Shown here: one piece after another, positions 50,225 to 59,561 of the stretch
Numbering within the stretch: position 1 is the stretch's first letter
Layout of the letters: each line of letters starts with the position of its first letter
Source of the DNA: a virus
Lineage: Duplodnaviria > Caudoviricetes
Length of the DNA: 64,000 nucleotides
IMG/VR virus record: IMGVR_UViG_3300005239_000039
Location: 1-64,000 of that record
Strand: one strand, 5' to 3'
Position numbers and translations under genes: made by a program
Notes under the pieces: generated by a model
The model's database searches: none
What the model saw: only the letters and a program-made list of their open reading frames with translations
Told to the model about the DNA's origin: nothing

Positions 50225-51929
50225 ATGATTTATTGAGAGTATTCGTTGGCGTAATTTTTGTCAACAGGTGATCAATGGACTGAAATAAATTTGTGAAAAC
50301 AGTAATACTATTATTATTGGTTCCAACGGATCTGGAAAATCAACCTTGCTAGATGCATTGTCTTTTTCCTTATTCAATAAACCATTCCGCAAAATTAATA
50401 AACCACAATTAGTCAACACAGTCAATGAAAAGACTTGTCTTGTGGAGGTTAAATTTGAGGTTGGAAATAAAAAATATTTTGTTCGGAGAGGAATGAAACC
50501 GAACGTCTTTGATATTGAAGTCAATGGAGTAGCTCTTCATAAAGAAGCAGATGATAGATCAAACCAAAGAATATTAGAAGAGAATATTTTAAAACTAAAT
50601 CATAAATCTTTTACTCAAGTTGTAATTCTGGGAAGCTCAACATTTGTTCCCTTTATGCAATTGTCTAGTGGTCATCGTAGAGAAGTTATTGAGGATATTT
50701 TAGACATTAGAATTTTCTCTGCAATGAATTCACTCATCAAAGAAAACATTAAAACCTATAGAGAAAAAACAAAAATTCTTGATGTAAAAAAAGAATCTTT
50801 TCTTGAAAAAATTAGGATGCAACAAAATTTTATTGATGAGTTAGAAAATCGTAGTAAACAAAATATTAAACAGAAAGAAGATAGCATTCAAAATCTTCTT
50901 GTGGAAGAGAATGATACGATTAATAACAATTCTGAAACTCAAATTAAAGTCAATGATCTTCAGAAAGATTTAGAATTATATTCCAGTGCTTCTATAAAGT
51001 TGCGTAAACTAGGGAATCTTAGAGGTAAAATATCTCAAAAGGTATCTACCATCACTAAAGAGCATAAGTTTTTCACAGAAAATACGGTCTGCCCTACATG
51101 TACACAAGACATAGAAGAAGAGTTTCGATTAAATAGAATTAGTACTGCTCAAAATAAAGCACAAGAGTTGCAATCTGGTTTCAATGAACTGGAGGGTGCA
51201 ATTAAAGAGGAAGAACAACGAGAGCAGCAATTCAAAACTATTAGCAAGGAGATTGTAAACCTCAACCATGAGATTTCTAAAAACAATTCAACAATATCTA
51301 GTTTTCAGAGGCAGGTACGTCAACTCGAATCTGAAATTCAAACTATTGCCAGTCAGCTCGAGAACAGAAATTCTGAACATGAGAAATTAATTTCATTTCA
51401 GACACAATTAGATAAACTCTATACAGATCTTTCTGAGCATAAAGAATCTCTAAAATACTACGACTTTGCGTTTTCACTTCTCAAAGATGGTGGGGTCAAG
51501 AGACAAATCATTAAAAAATATTTGCCTCTAATAAATCAACAAGTTAATCGTTACTTGAGGATGATGGATTTTTACATCAACTTCCAGTTAGATGAAGAAT
51601 TTAATGAGACTATTCAATCCCCTATTCATGACAAATTCTCATATGCATCTTTCAGTGAAGGTGAAAAAATGAGAATTGATCTTGCATTGTTGTTTACTTG
51701 GAGAGAGATTGCTAGATCTAAAAATTCTGTCAATACTAATCTTCTTGTTATGGATGAAGTTTTTGATAGTTCTCTAGATGGATTTGGTACAGAAGAATTT
51801 TTAAAGATCATCAAATATGTTATTAAGGGTGCAAATACCTTTGTAATCTCCCATAAAGATGGCCTTTACGATAAGTTTGATAATGTAATTAAATTTGATA
51901 AGGTAAAAGGTTTTAGTAAGATAGTCTAA
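50225..51929 (+). CDS. gp46: Recombination ATPase gp46 (Rad50-like); 5' end disrupted by homopolymer deletions
   Basis: ATG at 50225; fragments ESIRWRN, STGDQWTEIN and IIIGSNGSGKST (Walker A) lie in shifting frames between 50230 and 50293; SFSEGEKMRIDLAL signature and VMDEVFD. Confidence 0.93.
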
Positions 51930-51953
51930 ATAATCAGGATATGACTTAGGTTT

Positions 51954-52268
51954 ATGCTTTCTACACAGTACAGACTGCGCCTAGAATTCATCTGCAAGTG
52001 TATCGCAAATGGAGAAGAAGTAAAGTTGTCTGATATGATTTGGGCAAATAAACTTGCAAAGGCAAATACCTCTGCCAATGAAATGTTAAAGATGGCCCGC
52101 CGTCAAATTACACATAAGATTGAAGAAGGTAGTACAGATGATTTTCTGAATAGGATGGGATTAGGTGATCCCGACCCATCCAATCACAAAACGGGATTTA
52201 CTGATGCTGACGATATTAAAAGTTGGTTTCACCAAGACAAACCAGATGATTGGAGACAACGTGACTGA
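51954..52268 (+). CDS. Hypothetical protein (104 aa)
   Basis: ORF follows CTAAATA at 51926. Confidence 0.75.
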   Translation: MLSTQYRLRLEFICKCIANGEEVKLSDMIWANKLAKANTSANEMLKMARRQITHKIEEGSTDDFLNRMGLGDPDPSNHKTGFTDADDIKSWFHQDKPDDWRQRD

Positions 52269-52392
52269 TTATGTCTGTATCCAGACATGGGATCCCATTT
52301 TTGAGATGATGCGCTATCATTGGGTACACAAGTCTGAAAAAGATCCTGTGCAATTTGTGAAAAATCTCAACCCAGAGCAAAAAGTGCTATGA
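52261..52392 (+). CDS. Small hypothetical protein (43 aa)
   Basis: GTG at 52261, in frame with track ORF 52165..52392, avoids a 100-nt overlap. Confidence 0.5.
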   Translation: MTDYVCIQTWDPIFEMMRYHWVHKSEKDPVQFVKNLNPEQKVL

Positions 52393-52688
52393 GTAGTAAG
52401 ATGCTATTCCTAGTTGACATTGGTAATGGTAGATGTCTCAGTCATGATGGATACATCCAAATTGGTATTTTTTCTCATAGTGTAGAGAAGCATCTAGAGC
52501 TAAATCCTGAACAAGAATGGCAGGTAACATACTGGATGCCTGATCCATTCTGTATCAGATACCCACGACCAAACTATCAGCATACTATGAAGGCGAATGA
52601 AGGTTCTCCTAAGACTGATAATGCATTAGATAGTCGTCCTAGGGACTTTCCAGACCAAGCAACTGAAAGACTTGAGAGAACATTATGA
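52389..52688 (+). CDS. Hypothetical protein (99 aa)
   Basis: ATGA-coupled ORF. Confidence 0.7.
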   Translation: MSSKMLFLVDIGNGRCLSHDGYIQIGIFSHSVEKHLELNPEQEWQVTYWMPDPFCIRYPRPNYQHTMKANEGSPKTDNALDSRPRDFPDQATERLERTL

Positions 52689-52837
52689 AGATGTGGGAGA
52701 CAGAATGCTCTGGGTGTGGTAAAATGGTTCCAGCGAATCAAACACCTCAAGTTGGATGCTATGTCCCGTCCGAGAAAAGATACAAGAATTCGTTATGTAA
52801 ACCTTGCTGGGTGAAAAAGAACAATGGACAAAATTGA
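52685..52837 (+). CDS. Small zinc-finger-like protein (50 aa; CSGC...CKPC)
   Basis: Read manually; ATGA overlap with the upstream stop. Confidence 0.6.
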   Translation: MKMWETECSGCGKMVPANQTPQVGCYVPSEKRYKNSLCKPCWVKKNNGQN

Positions 52838-52988
52838 TACTCAAGGCATGAGTCTTCCTGGTAAATCAAAGAAACCAAGTAGTTATGCTCCTATGCCAGT
52901 AAAGCCCCGTACAATCTTTACACCAGAAGAACGTATAGAGTTGAAACAAATTATTCATGAGGCACTTGACGAGAGGGAGAAAGCATGA
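52824..52988 (+). CDS. Small hypothetical protein (54 aa)
   Basis: Read manually; its stop overlaps the purS ATG (ATGA). Confidence 0.6.
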   Translation: MDKIDTQGMSLPGKSKKPSSYAPMPVKPRTIFTPEERIELKQIIHEALDEREKA

Positions 52989-53260
52989 AGTTTAAAGCAT
53001 TAGTATTCATCCGACTACGATCACAGGTTGATGACTCACCTGGCAACGCCGTGAGGGATGGTAGTAGGCGATTGTCTGAGTTAGATATCAAGAAACTTAG
53101 ACTTGGTAAGGTGATTGATATTTGGTTGGAAGCAGAGAGTAGAGAGTATGCAGAGAAGGAACTTGAAATGCTATCTGATCGTTTCTATGCTAATACAGTC
53201 ATGGAAGATTGGGATTATGAACTGACTGAGATTGACGCTTTCCCTAAAGGTATTGAATAA
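52985..53260 (+). CDS. purS: Phosphoribosylformylglycinamidine synthase subunit PurS (auxiliary metabolic gene)
   Basis: FKALVFIRLR.QVDDSPGNAV...LRLGKVIDI...ANTVMEDW matches the PurS pattern (DP.G.AV, R.GK.I, L.NPVIE); 91 aa. Confidence 0.85.
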   Translation: MKFKALVFIRLRSQVDDSPGNAVRDGSRRLSELDIKKLRLGKVIDIWLEAESREYAEKELEMLSDRFYANTVMEDWDYELTEIDAFPKGIE

Positions 53261-53454
53261 TGGATGATTTTAACACACCAGGATCTAATAAATCTTGGAT
53301 GGATGAGGGTTTCAAGAAATTTATAGTTGAGCATCAACTAGGTAATGTTGTAAATATATTAGATGCTGAAATCAAACGTTGTCGTGTTTATAACAGCGAC
53401 AATAGAGATGAAGTGCATCACCAAATAACTATCACATATAGACAAAACAAATGA
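53260..53454 (+). CDS. Hypothetical protein (64 aa)
   Basis: TAATG-coupled ORF. Confidence 0.65.
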   Translation: MDDFNTPGSNKSWMDEGFKKFIVEHQLGNVVNILDAEIKRCRVYNSDNRDEVHHQITITYRQNK

Positions 53455-53714
53455 CAGCAGTAATTTACACTAACGGAAATCAAGAGTGTGAGCGTCTGGC
53501 CATGCTTCTCATGTCAATGGATGGAGAATTTTTGGAGTATAAACTAAATAATCATTTTACACAAAGATCTTTTGAAGCAGAGTTTGGATCGAATGCTGAA
53601 TATCCACAGGCTTCCATTGATACTAAACATATCGGTGGTCTGAAAGATGTGCTACACTACCTAAAAGAAAACCATTTTCTCCATGAAAGTCCCGAATTGG
53701 CAGCATCACTCTAA
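53451..53714 (+). CDS. Glutaredoxin-fold protein lacking the first Cys of CxxC
   Basis: AVIYTNGNQEC and YPQASIDTKHIGG resemble the glutaredoxin TVPQIFI..HIGG motif. Confidence 0.65.
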   Translation: MTAVIYTNGNQECERLAMLLMSMDGEFLEYKLNNHFTQRSFEAEFGSNAEYPQASIDTKHIGGLKDVLHYLKENHFLHESPELAASL

Positions 53715-53904
53715 GAAGAGTCAAAAGAGAAAACTCAAACCTCAGGCAATGCGTTCCCGAAAGGAAGCACTGAGACACTTCAAGAACTGTCACATGACCT
53801 CCCCCAAAAAGGGAGGTTCTTTTGTATACTACGTTCATACGAAACAAATCAATGGCAGTCTCTCACGAAATCAAATCTCAACTTGCCAAACTTCTGGCAA
53901 CTGA
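53683..53904 (+). CDS. Small basic hypothetical protein
   Basis: MKVPNWQHHSKK...; the 3' half overlaps a hairpin, a promoter and the next gene, so the true end is uncertain. Confidence 0.4.
   Translation: MKVPNWQHHSKKSQKRKLKPQAMRSRKEALRHFKNCHMTSPKKGGSFVYYVHTKQINGSLSRNQISTCQTSGN
53774..53830 (+). promoter_or_regulatory. Promoter with upstream imperfect palindrome
   Basis: GACACTT-CAAG-AACTGTC (53774-53791), 33 nt, then TATACT (53825-53830). Confidence 0.6.
53797..53823 (+). terminator. Hairpin, possible terminator overlapping a promoter
   Basis: ACCTCCC-CCAAAAA-GGGAGGT followed by TCTTTT. Confidence 0.55.
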
Positions 53905-56014
53905 AGACCTTGTGGTTGAGCATAAGAAAGTTCGTACTGCTTCCTTTAACGTCCACACACGGGTCCTAACTCTTCCTATGTGGGAAAAGGCGTCTAATAT
54001 CGTTTATGATCTTCTGGTGGGTCATGAAGTGGGCCATGCATTGTATACTCCTGATATAGATTGGAGTAAAGACCGAGTTATCCCACCATCTTTTGTAAAT
54101 ATTGTTGAAGATGCTCGTATCGAAAAGATGATGAAGCGTCGTTATGGTGGTCTATCTAAAACTTTCTTCGCTGGTTATCAAGAACTTTCAGACGAAGATT
54201 TTTTTGAAGTTGAAGATGAAGATATCAGTAAAATGAGTCTTGCAGATCGTGCAAATTTATACTTCAAAATTGGAAACTATATTGATATTCCTTTTGCTAA
54301 TCAGGAGGAGGATCGCCTGATCCAAGCAGTTGCAAATTGTGAAACATTTGATGATGTTCTTGATGTGTCCGAAGAAATTTATAATTACTGTAAAGAGACT
54401 CAAGAAAATAATTCTGTAGATTTAAAACCAACATCACAAAATCAAGACCCTAATGGTCAACAGGATAGTGATCAACAGCAAGATAAAGAATGGTTTACTG
54501 AAGAAAATCCTGATGAAAAGGGTGAAGAATTAGAAAGAACTGATCCAGATCTTGATACTCCAAGTTATCAGCAGGAAGATCAACCCTCTGATAATGAACC
54601 AGAAGTTAAGACTGATGCAGCTTTCGATAAAAATATTGAAGATCTTATTGATGATTTATCTACCACTGAGAATAATTATGTTGAACTTCCAAAACTTGAT
54701 CTGGATAAAATCATTATAGATGCTACAAAGTTTCATGAATATCTAAACAAATCTTTTGATGATATGCAAGAAGAATCTGATAGTAGACATATCATGTATG
54801 AAAGAACTCCAGTTAATATCTATGAAATAGCTGATACTCAGTACAAAACATTTAAAAAATCTGCTCAGAAAGAAGTCAGTTATCTTGTAAAAGAATTTGA
54901 ATGTAAAAAATCTGCTGCTTCTTATTCCCGAGCAACTACTGCTCGTACTGGAGTTTTAGATTGTTCCAAACTACACACCTATAAGTACAACGAAGATCTC
55001 TTTAAGAAAGTTACAACTCTTGCTGATGGTAAGAACCATGGTTTGGTGTTTGTTCTTGATTGGAGTGGTTCAATGTCAGGAACTCTTTTGGACACTATCA
55101 AACAACTATTCAACTTGATTTGGTTTTGTAAAAAAACTAATATTCCTTTTGAAGTCTATGCGTTCACTAACAACTGGAGAGAACCTGATCCTAATCGCAA
55201 CGGATATTTTAAAATCCCAGACCCATCTTATGAATTGAAAGATGGTATTCTACAAGTCAGTAAAGACTTTAATTTACTTAATATGCTCAGTAATAGAATC
55301 AAAACTTCCGAGTTTGAAAATTGTATGAAAAATGTCTGGAGACTTTGTGCTGCATATAGTAATACATCTAGCATGTATGATGTTCCATCTCATGCTGGAT
55401 TATCTGGAACACCTCTCAATGAAGCAATTGTTTGCCTAAATCAAATTCTTCCAGACTTTAAAAAGAAAAACAAACTTGAAAAAGTTCAATGTGTTATTTT
55501 GACTGATGGTGAAGCTCATCCTCTAAATCGTCACGTTGAAATCTCATATGCATATAATAAAGAAGAAAGTTTTATTGGCACTAGGTCTGTTTATCCAAAT
55601 GCAACTTTTCTTCGTGATCGTAAACTTGGTAAAACCTATTGTTTTGGTTATGGGTATCATAAGTTCACGGAAACTCTTTTAAATAATCTTCGTGATCGTT
55701 ATCCAGATATTAACTTTATTGGTATTCGTGTTCTTGGTCCTCGCGAAGCAACAAAATTCATGCAAATGTATTTAAACTCTGCAGAGTTTCTTAATGCAGA
55801 AAAATCTTGGAAAAATAATCGTAGTTTTTCTATGAAAGATGTAGGATACACTGCATACTTTGGGATCTCCTCAAATGGACTTTCCCAGAATTCTGAATTT
55901 GAAGTTAATGATAATGCAACTAAAGGTCAAATCCGAAGTGCATTCAAGAAGTCTTTAAACTCCAAGAAAATGAACAAGAAAGTTCTTTCAGAATTCATCT
56001 CCCTTGTCTGCTGA
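53852..56014 (+). CDS. HExxH peptidase-like plus vWA (CobT-like) protein
   Basis: GHEVGH; MIDAS-like VLDWSGSMS and ILTDGEA; ATG at 53852 preferred over the TTG at 53822. Confidence 0.8.
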   Translation: MAVSHEIKSQLAKLLATEDLVVEHKKVRTASFNVHTRVLTLPMWEKASNIVYDLLVGHEVGHALYTPDIDWSKDRVIPPSFVNIVEDARIEKMMKRRYGGLSKTFFAGYQELSDEDFFEVEDEDISKMSLADRANLYFKIGNYIDIPFANQEEDRLIQAVANCETFDDVLDVSEEIYNYCKETQENNSVDLKPTSQNQDPNGQQDSDQQQDKEWFTEENPDEKGEELERTDPDLDTPSYQQEDQPSDNEPEVKTDAAFDKNIEDLIDDLSTTENNYVELPKLDLDKIIIDATKFHEYLNKSFDDMQEESDSRHIMYERTPVNIYEIADTQYKTFKKSAQKEVSYLVKEFECKKSAASYSRATTARTGVLDCSKLHTYKYNEDLFKKVTTLADGKNHGLVFVLDWSGSMSGTLLDTIKQLFNLIWFCKKTNIPFEVYAFTNNWREPDPNRNGYFKIPDPSYELKDGILQVSKDFNLLNMLSNRIKTSEFENCMKNVWRLCAAYSNTSSMYDVPSHAGLSGTPLNEAIVCLNQILPDFKKKNKLEKVQCVILTDGEAHPLNRHVEISYAYNKEESFIGTRSVYPNATFLRDRKLGKTYCFGYGYHKFTETLLNNLRDRYPDINFIGIRVLGPREATKFMQMYLNSAEFLNAEKSWKNNRSFSMKDVGYTAYFGISSNGLSQNSEFEVNDNATKGQIRSAFKKSLNSKKMNKKVLSEFISLVC

Positions 56015-56015
56015 A

Positions 56016-56069
56016 CCAGTTGGGGAACTGGCGGCCACCTCTCCATTCCCACTCATCATCCGTTATAAT
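56016..56069 (+). promoter_or_regulatory. Promoter with perfect upstream palindrome
   Basis: CCAGTT-GGGG-AACTGG (56016-56031), then TATAAT (56064-56069); no consensus -35. Confidence 0.7.
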
Positions 56070-56091
56070 AAGTACATCAAACAAACCACCC

Positions 56092-57156
56092 ATGGCAATT
56101 TCCTCCGAGTACATCGTTTCATCTCTTCAGCAAATCTATGGAGATAAAATTTCTTCTGGAGATTTACGTGCTTGGTCTGCACTAAATGGAGTTAGTTATC
56201 AGACTATCACTAATAAACTTGCTGATCGTAAAATTGGTCGTGGTAAGTGGAATCTAGAAGTAACGCAAGAAACTGTGAATGAATTAGAAGTAACTTATAG
56301 TGCTCCAGCAGCATTACCCGCAATCGAACAAAATCTTGTTCCTGAAAAAGATGTTAACTTCGTCCAGTTTGGTAACTTTAAAGATCTTAAAAAGATTATT
56401 AACTCCCGTAATTTTTATCCAACGTTCATCACGGGTCTTTCGGGTAATGGTAAAACGTTCTCTGTGGAGCAAGCATGTGCTATTCTAAATAGAGAGTTAA
56501 TTCGCGTGAACATCACGATTGAAACCGACGAGGATGATCTTATTGGTGGGTTCCGTCTTGTTAACGGCGAAACTGTTTGGCATAATGGTCCTGTCATCGA
56601 AGCTTTGGAACGTGGAGCTGTGTTGCTTCTAGACGAGGTTGACCTTGCATCAAACAAGATCTTATGCCTACAATCTGTTCTTGAAGGTAGAGGTGTTTTT
56701 CTTAAAAAGACTGGTCGTTTTGTAAAACCTGCTGCTGGTTTCAACATCATTGCTACTGCTAATACTAAAGGTAAGGGATCCGAGGACGGACGATTTATTG
56801 GAACTAACGTGCTCAATGAAGCATTCCTTGAAAGATTCCCAGTAACATTTGAACAAGAGTATCCTCTACCTGCAACAGAGCAGAAGATCCTCACTTCTAT
56901 GATTGATGATAATCAATTTTGTAAGAATCTTGTAGATTGGGCAGACATCATCCGCAAAACATTTTTTGATGGAGGTGTTGAAGAAGTGATTAGTACACGT
57001 CGTTTGGTTCATATTGTTCAAGCATATATCATCTTTGGTGATAAGGCAAAGGCAATTCAAGTTTGCCTAAATCGTTTTGATGACGAAACAAAACAGTCTT
57101 TCTTGGAATTATATGACAAAGTTGACTCTGATTTTAATTTGACTATTGAAGAATGA
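56092..57156 (+). CDS. cobS: CobS-like MoxR AAA+ ATPase
   Basis: Walker A GLSGNGKT, Walker B LLLDEVD, ATANT and LNEAFLERF; ATG at 56092 lies downstream of the promoter. Confidence 0.88.
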   Translation: MAISSEYIVSSLQQIYGDKISSGDLRAWSALNGVSYQTITNKLADRKIGRGKWNLEVTQETVNELEVTYSAPAALPAIEQNLVPEKDVNFVQFGNFKDLKKIINSRNFYPTFITGLSGNGKTFSVEQACAILNRELIRVNITIETDEDDLIGGFRLVNGETVWHNGPVIEALERGAVLLLDEVDLASNKILCLQSVLEGRGVFLKKTGRFVKPAAGFNIIATANTKGKGSEDGRFIGTNVLNEAFLERFPVTFEQEYPLPATEQKILTSMIDDNQFCKNLVDWADIIRKTFFDGGVEEVISTRRLVHIVQAYIIFGDKAKAIQVCLNRFDDETKQSFLELYDKVDSDFNLTIEE

Positions 57157-57740
57157 TACAAGTCTCTCAAAAATGCCCAGAAGTTTGGTATATAAAAAAC
57201 CTCTTCTGTGAAGAAATATATGAAGGAATTCTTGAAGAGTTCCTTCCGTTTTATTCTCAATGGGTTTTTGATAAACATGAGAATGTAAATGATCCAATTT
57301 TTGGAATGCTTTACTGTACTCATGATCATACAGAATCTTGGCCCTACAGTACAAATTTTCAGTTTATCAGAGCGGCAACTATTGCCAAACTTCAAGTTCA
57401 AAAGATTTTGAAAAGAGATTTGGAATTGATTAGAATCAATACTAATATTCAATTTCATGGTCAAGACTCTGCCTTTCACACTGACGATGATTATTATATT
57501 GATAATGCTGATTCTAGGTGTTGGACAGTTGTTGTCTTTTCCGAATACGATTGGGATGCAACATGGGGTGGTCAGGTAGAAATTCAAACTGAAAGAGATT
57601 CTGAAGACTACATTGCACTTCCATTCATGCCCAATTGTGCTGTTTTATTTGACGGGAGTTTGTATCATAGAGGATTGGCTCCTAACAGATTCGCTCAATG
57701 TGAAAGGAAAACACTTGCATTTTTATTCAAAGAGGTGTAG
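57153..57740 (+). CDS. 2OG-Fe(II) oxygenase (prolyl-4-hydroxylase-like)
   Basis: FHTD (HxD), WGG, LFDGSLYHRG (distal His) and ERKTLAF. Confidence 0.85.
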   Translation: MIQVSQKCPEVWYIKNLFCEEIYEGILEEFLPFYSQWVFDKHENVNDPIFGMLYCTHDHTESWPYSTNFQFIRAATIAKLQVQKILKRDLELIRINTNIQFHGQDSAFHTDDDYYIDNADSRCWTVVVFSEYDWDATWGGQVEIQTERDSEDYIALPFMPNCAVLFDGSLYHRGLAPNRFAQCERKTLAFLFKEV

Positions 57741-57743
57741 AAT

Positions 57744-58191
57744 ATGACCAACTCCTGGAGTCTGCTTTACGAGGAAATGATGAATACTAATGATGAAGAT
57801 AGAATCATCTTGAATGATGATCCACTTGATAAAATTGCAAATGAAACATATGACCAATTTCTTCTACATTCACTGATACTTTAACTGAAAAACTAAAAAA
57901 GATAGTCGTTTTAAGTATAGTGAAGATACTATACTTAAAGAATTATCCGATTATATTTCTGGCACATATAACCAGCACTACTCGGCTGGAACTAATAAAA
58001 TCCAAACTCTTGATCTTATTGAAGCATGTGGGGATGGAGAAGCATTCTGCCGATCCAATATCCTCAAGTATGCCTCTCGATATGACAAGAAAGGCACTGC
58101 TCGCCGTGATATCATGAAGATCTTGCATTATGCTGTGCTTCTGCTACACTTCAATGATCAGAACGCCACCCGTGAAACCTACCCTCAATGA
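57744..58191 (+). CDS. DUF3310-like protein, frameshifted near 57860-57895
   Basis: N-terminus MTNSWSLLYEEM and C-terminal frame RFKYSE...YNQHY...AFCRSNILKYASRYDKKG...KILHYAVLL; a net 2-nt loss in T/A runs reconciles the frames. Confidence 0.65.
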
Positions 58192-58193
58192 AT

Positions 58194-58868
58194 ATGAAAC
58201 TTTCCAAACAGACCATTGCTATCCTCAGCAACTATTCGGATATCAATCAATCTATTTTAGTTAAGCAGGGTAACAAACTTCGTACTATTTCAGTGATGAA
58301 GAACATCCTGGCAGAAGCTGAAGTTGAAGAAGAGTTTCCTAAAGACTTTGCTATCTACGATCTACCACAGTTCTTAAAAGTTCTTCGTTTGCACCAAGAT
58401 CCTGAACTTGATTTCAAAGAAGACAACTATGTCACCATTAGAGAAGGACGTAATCGTTCACGTTACTTCTTTGCTGATCCTAATGTAATCGTATCTCCTC
58501 CAGAGAAGCAACTCAATCTTCCCAGTGAGGATATTACATTTCAGTTTAACCAAAATCATTTGAGTCAACTTCTACAGGCAGCTAATACTCTTGATCTACC
58601 TGATCTTGCAGTTATTGGTAGTTCTGGTGTGGTTCGTCTTTCAGTTCGTGATAAGAAGAATGATACTTCAAACGATCACTCAATTGTAGTTGGTGAAACT
58701 GATAAAGAATTTAGTTTCAATTTTAAAGTTGAGAATATCAAAATTCTTCCTGGAAACTATACTGTCACCATCTCTAGCAAGTGTTTATCAAAGTTTACAA
58801 ACACAGTTGAGTCACAAGAACTTGACTACTTCATTGCGCTTGAACCCGATTCAGTCTATAATGGATGA
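58194..58868 (+). CDS. gp45: Sliding clamp gp45
   Basis: MKLSKQTIAIL.NYSDINQSI, FAIYDL..FL and YFIALE motifs. Confidence 0.95.
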   Translation: MKLSKQTIAILSNYSDINQSILVKQGNKLRTISVMKNILAEAEVEEEFPKDFAIYDLPQFLKVLRLHQDPELDFKEDNYVTIREGRNRSRYFFADPNVIVSPPEKQLNLPSEDITFQFNQNHLSQLLQAANTLDLPDLAVIGSSGVVRLSVRDKKNDTSNDHSIVVGETDKEFSFNFKVENIKILPGNYTVTISSKCLSKFTNTVESQELDYFIALEPDSVYNG

Positions 58869-59104
58869 TGAAGAGAGTGGCACGTATTTGGAAATACTCC
58901 TTAGGGAGTTTTTCCGATGACAAAACCAAACCCTACGACAATTACGTAGCTGGTATACGGTCTATCATTGTCCTCTCTTATCTTGTCACTAACTGTTTTA
59001 TTATTAGCGGAGTAATCCGCCATTGGAACGACAATGAACATCTTCGCAACAGACCCCAGTCCATGGAGATCAGCACAGGTTCTTCCCGACAAACACATCG
59101 TTAA
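58865..59104 (+). CDS. Small hypothetical protein with a hydrophobic segment
   Basis: IIVLSYLVTNCFIISGVI hydrophobic stretch; the 3' end overlaps the next gene by 70 nt. Confidence 0.55.
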   Translation: MMKRVARIWKYSLGSFSDDKTKPYDNYVAGIRSIIVLSYLVTNCFIISGVIRHWNDNEHLRNRPQSMEISTGSSRQTHR

Positions 59105-59561
59105 GATGCCCCTAGAGACTTGTCAGATGCTTGCTATCGTATGCTCTGACAAATGGGGGCACAACTTCGGCACTCTTCCCAAGGCAGACGGTACTCCCTA
59201 TGCCACTGAGAAGGGTGCTTTTCGCAATCATCCATGTACTATCTGGGCAAATTCCTTTGTGAATAATTGGCAGTGGCTCCTCGATCATGGACTTGCTATG
59301 TGTGATGAGTACACTGCTCGCTATGGCAAGGTCCATACCTGCCAGAAGACGCTTCTAGCAGCAAAGGACATACTGCCTACCGCTGATCCTCAAGGACGCT
59401 CTGGGAAGCATCCTACGCCCTTTGCTAGGGCTATGCCTGATGAATTTAAGTATGATGACAATATAGATACCTTTACTGCTTACAAGGTTTATATCGCATC
59501 TAAACCATGGGTAAAGGATAATTATCTTCGCATACCAGAGAGGAAACCAGAATGGATTTAA
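59034..59561 (+). CDS. Pyrimidine-dimer DNA glycosylase (DenV/endonuclease V-like)
   Basis: MNIF...A..L.DKHIVKM.LE..QML and NHPCTIWA motifs of this phage family. Confidence 0.7.
   Translation: MNIFATDPSPWRSAQVLPDKHIVKMPLETCQMLAIVCSDKWGHNFGTLPKADGTPYATEKGAFRNHPCTIWANSFVNNWQWLLDHGLAMCDEYTARYGKVHTCQKTLLAAKDILPTADPQGRSGKHPTPFARAMPDEFKYDDNIDTFTAYKVYIASKPWVKDNYLRIPERKPEWI

Noticed and set aside
50225-50345. gp46 as a pseudogene or programmed frameshift
   Set aside because: Several independent shortfalls in T runs within about 70 nt of an essential gene fit homopolymer sequencing error better.
57920-58117. 65-aa track ORF as a real gene
   Set aside because: It is an off-frame reading of the DUF3310-like gene.
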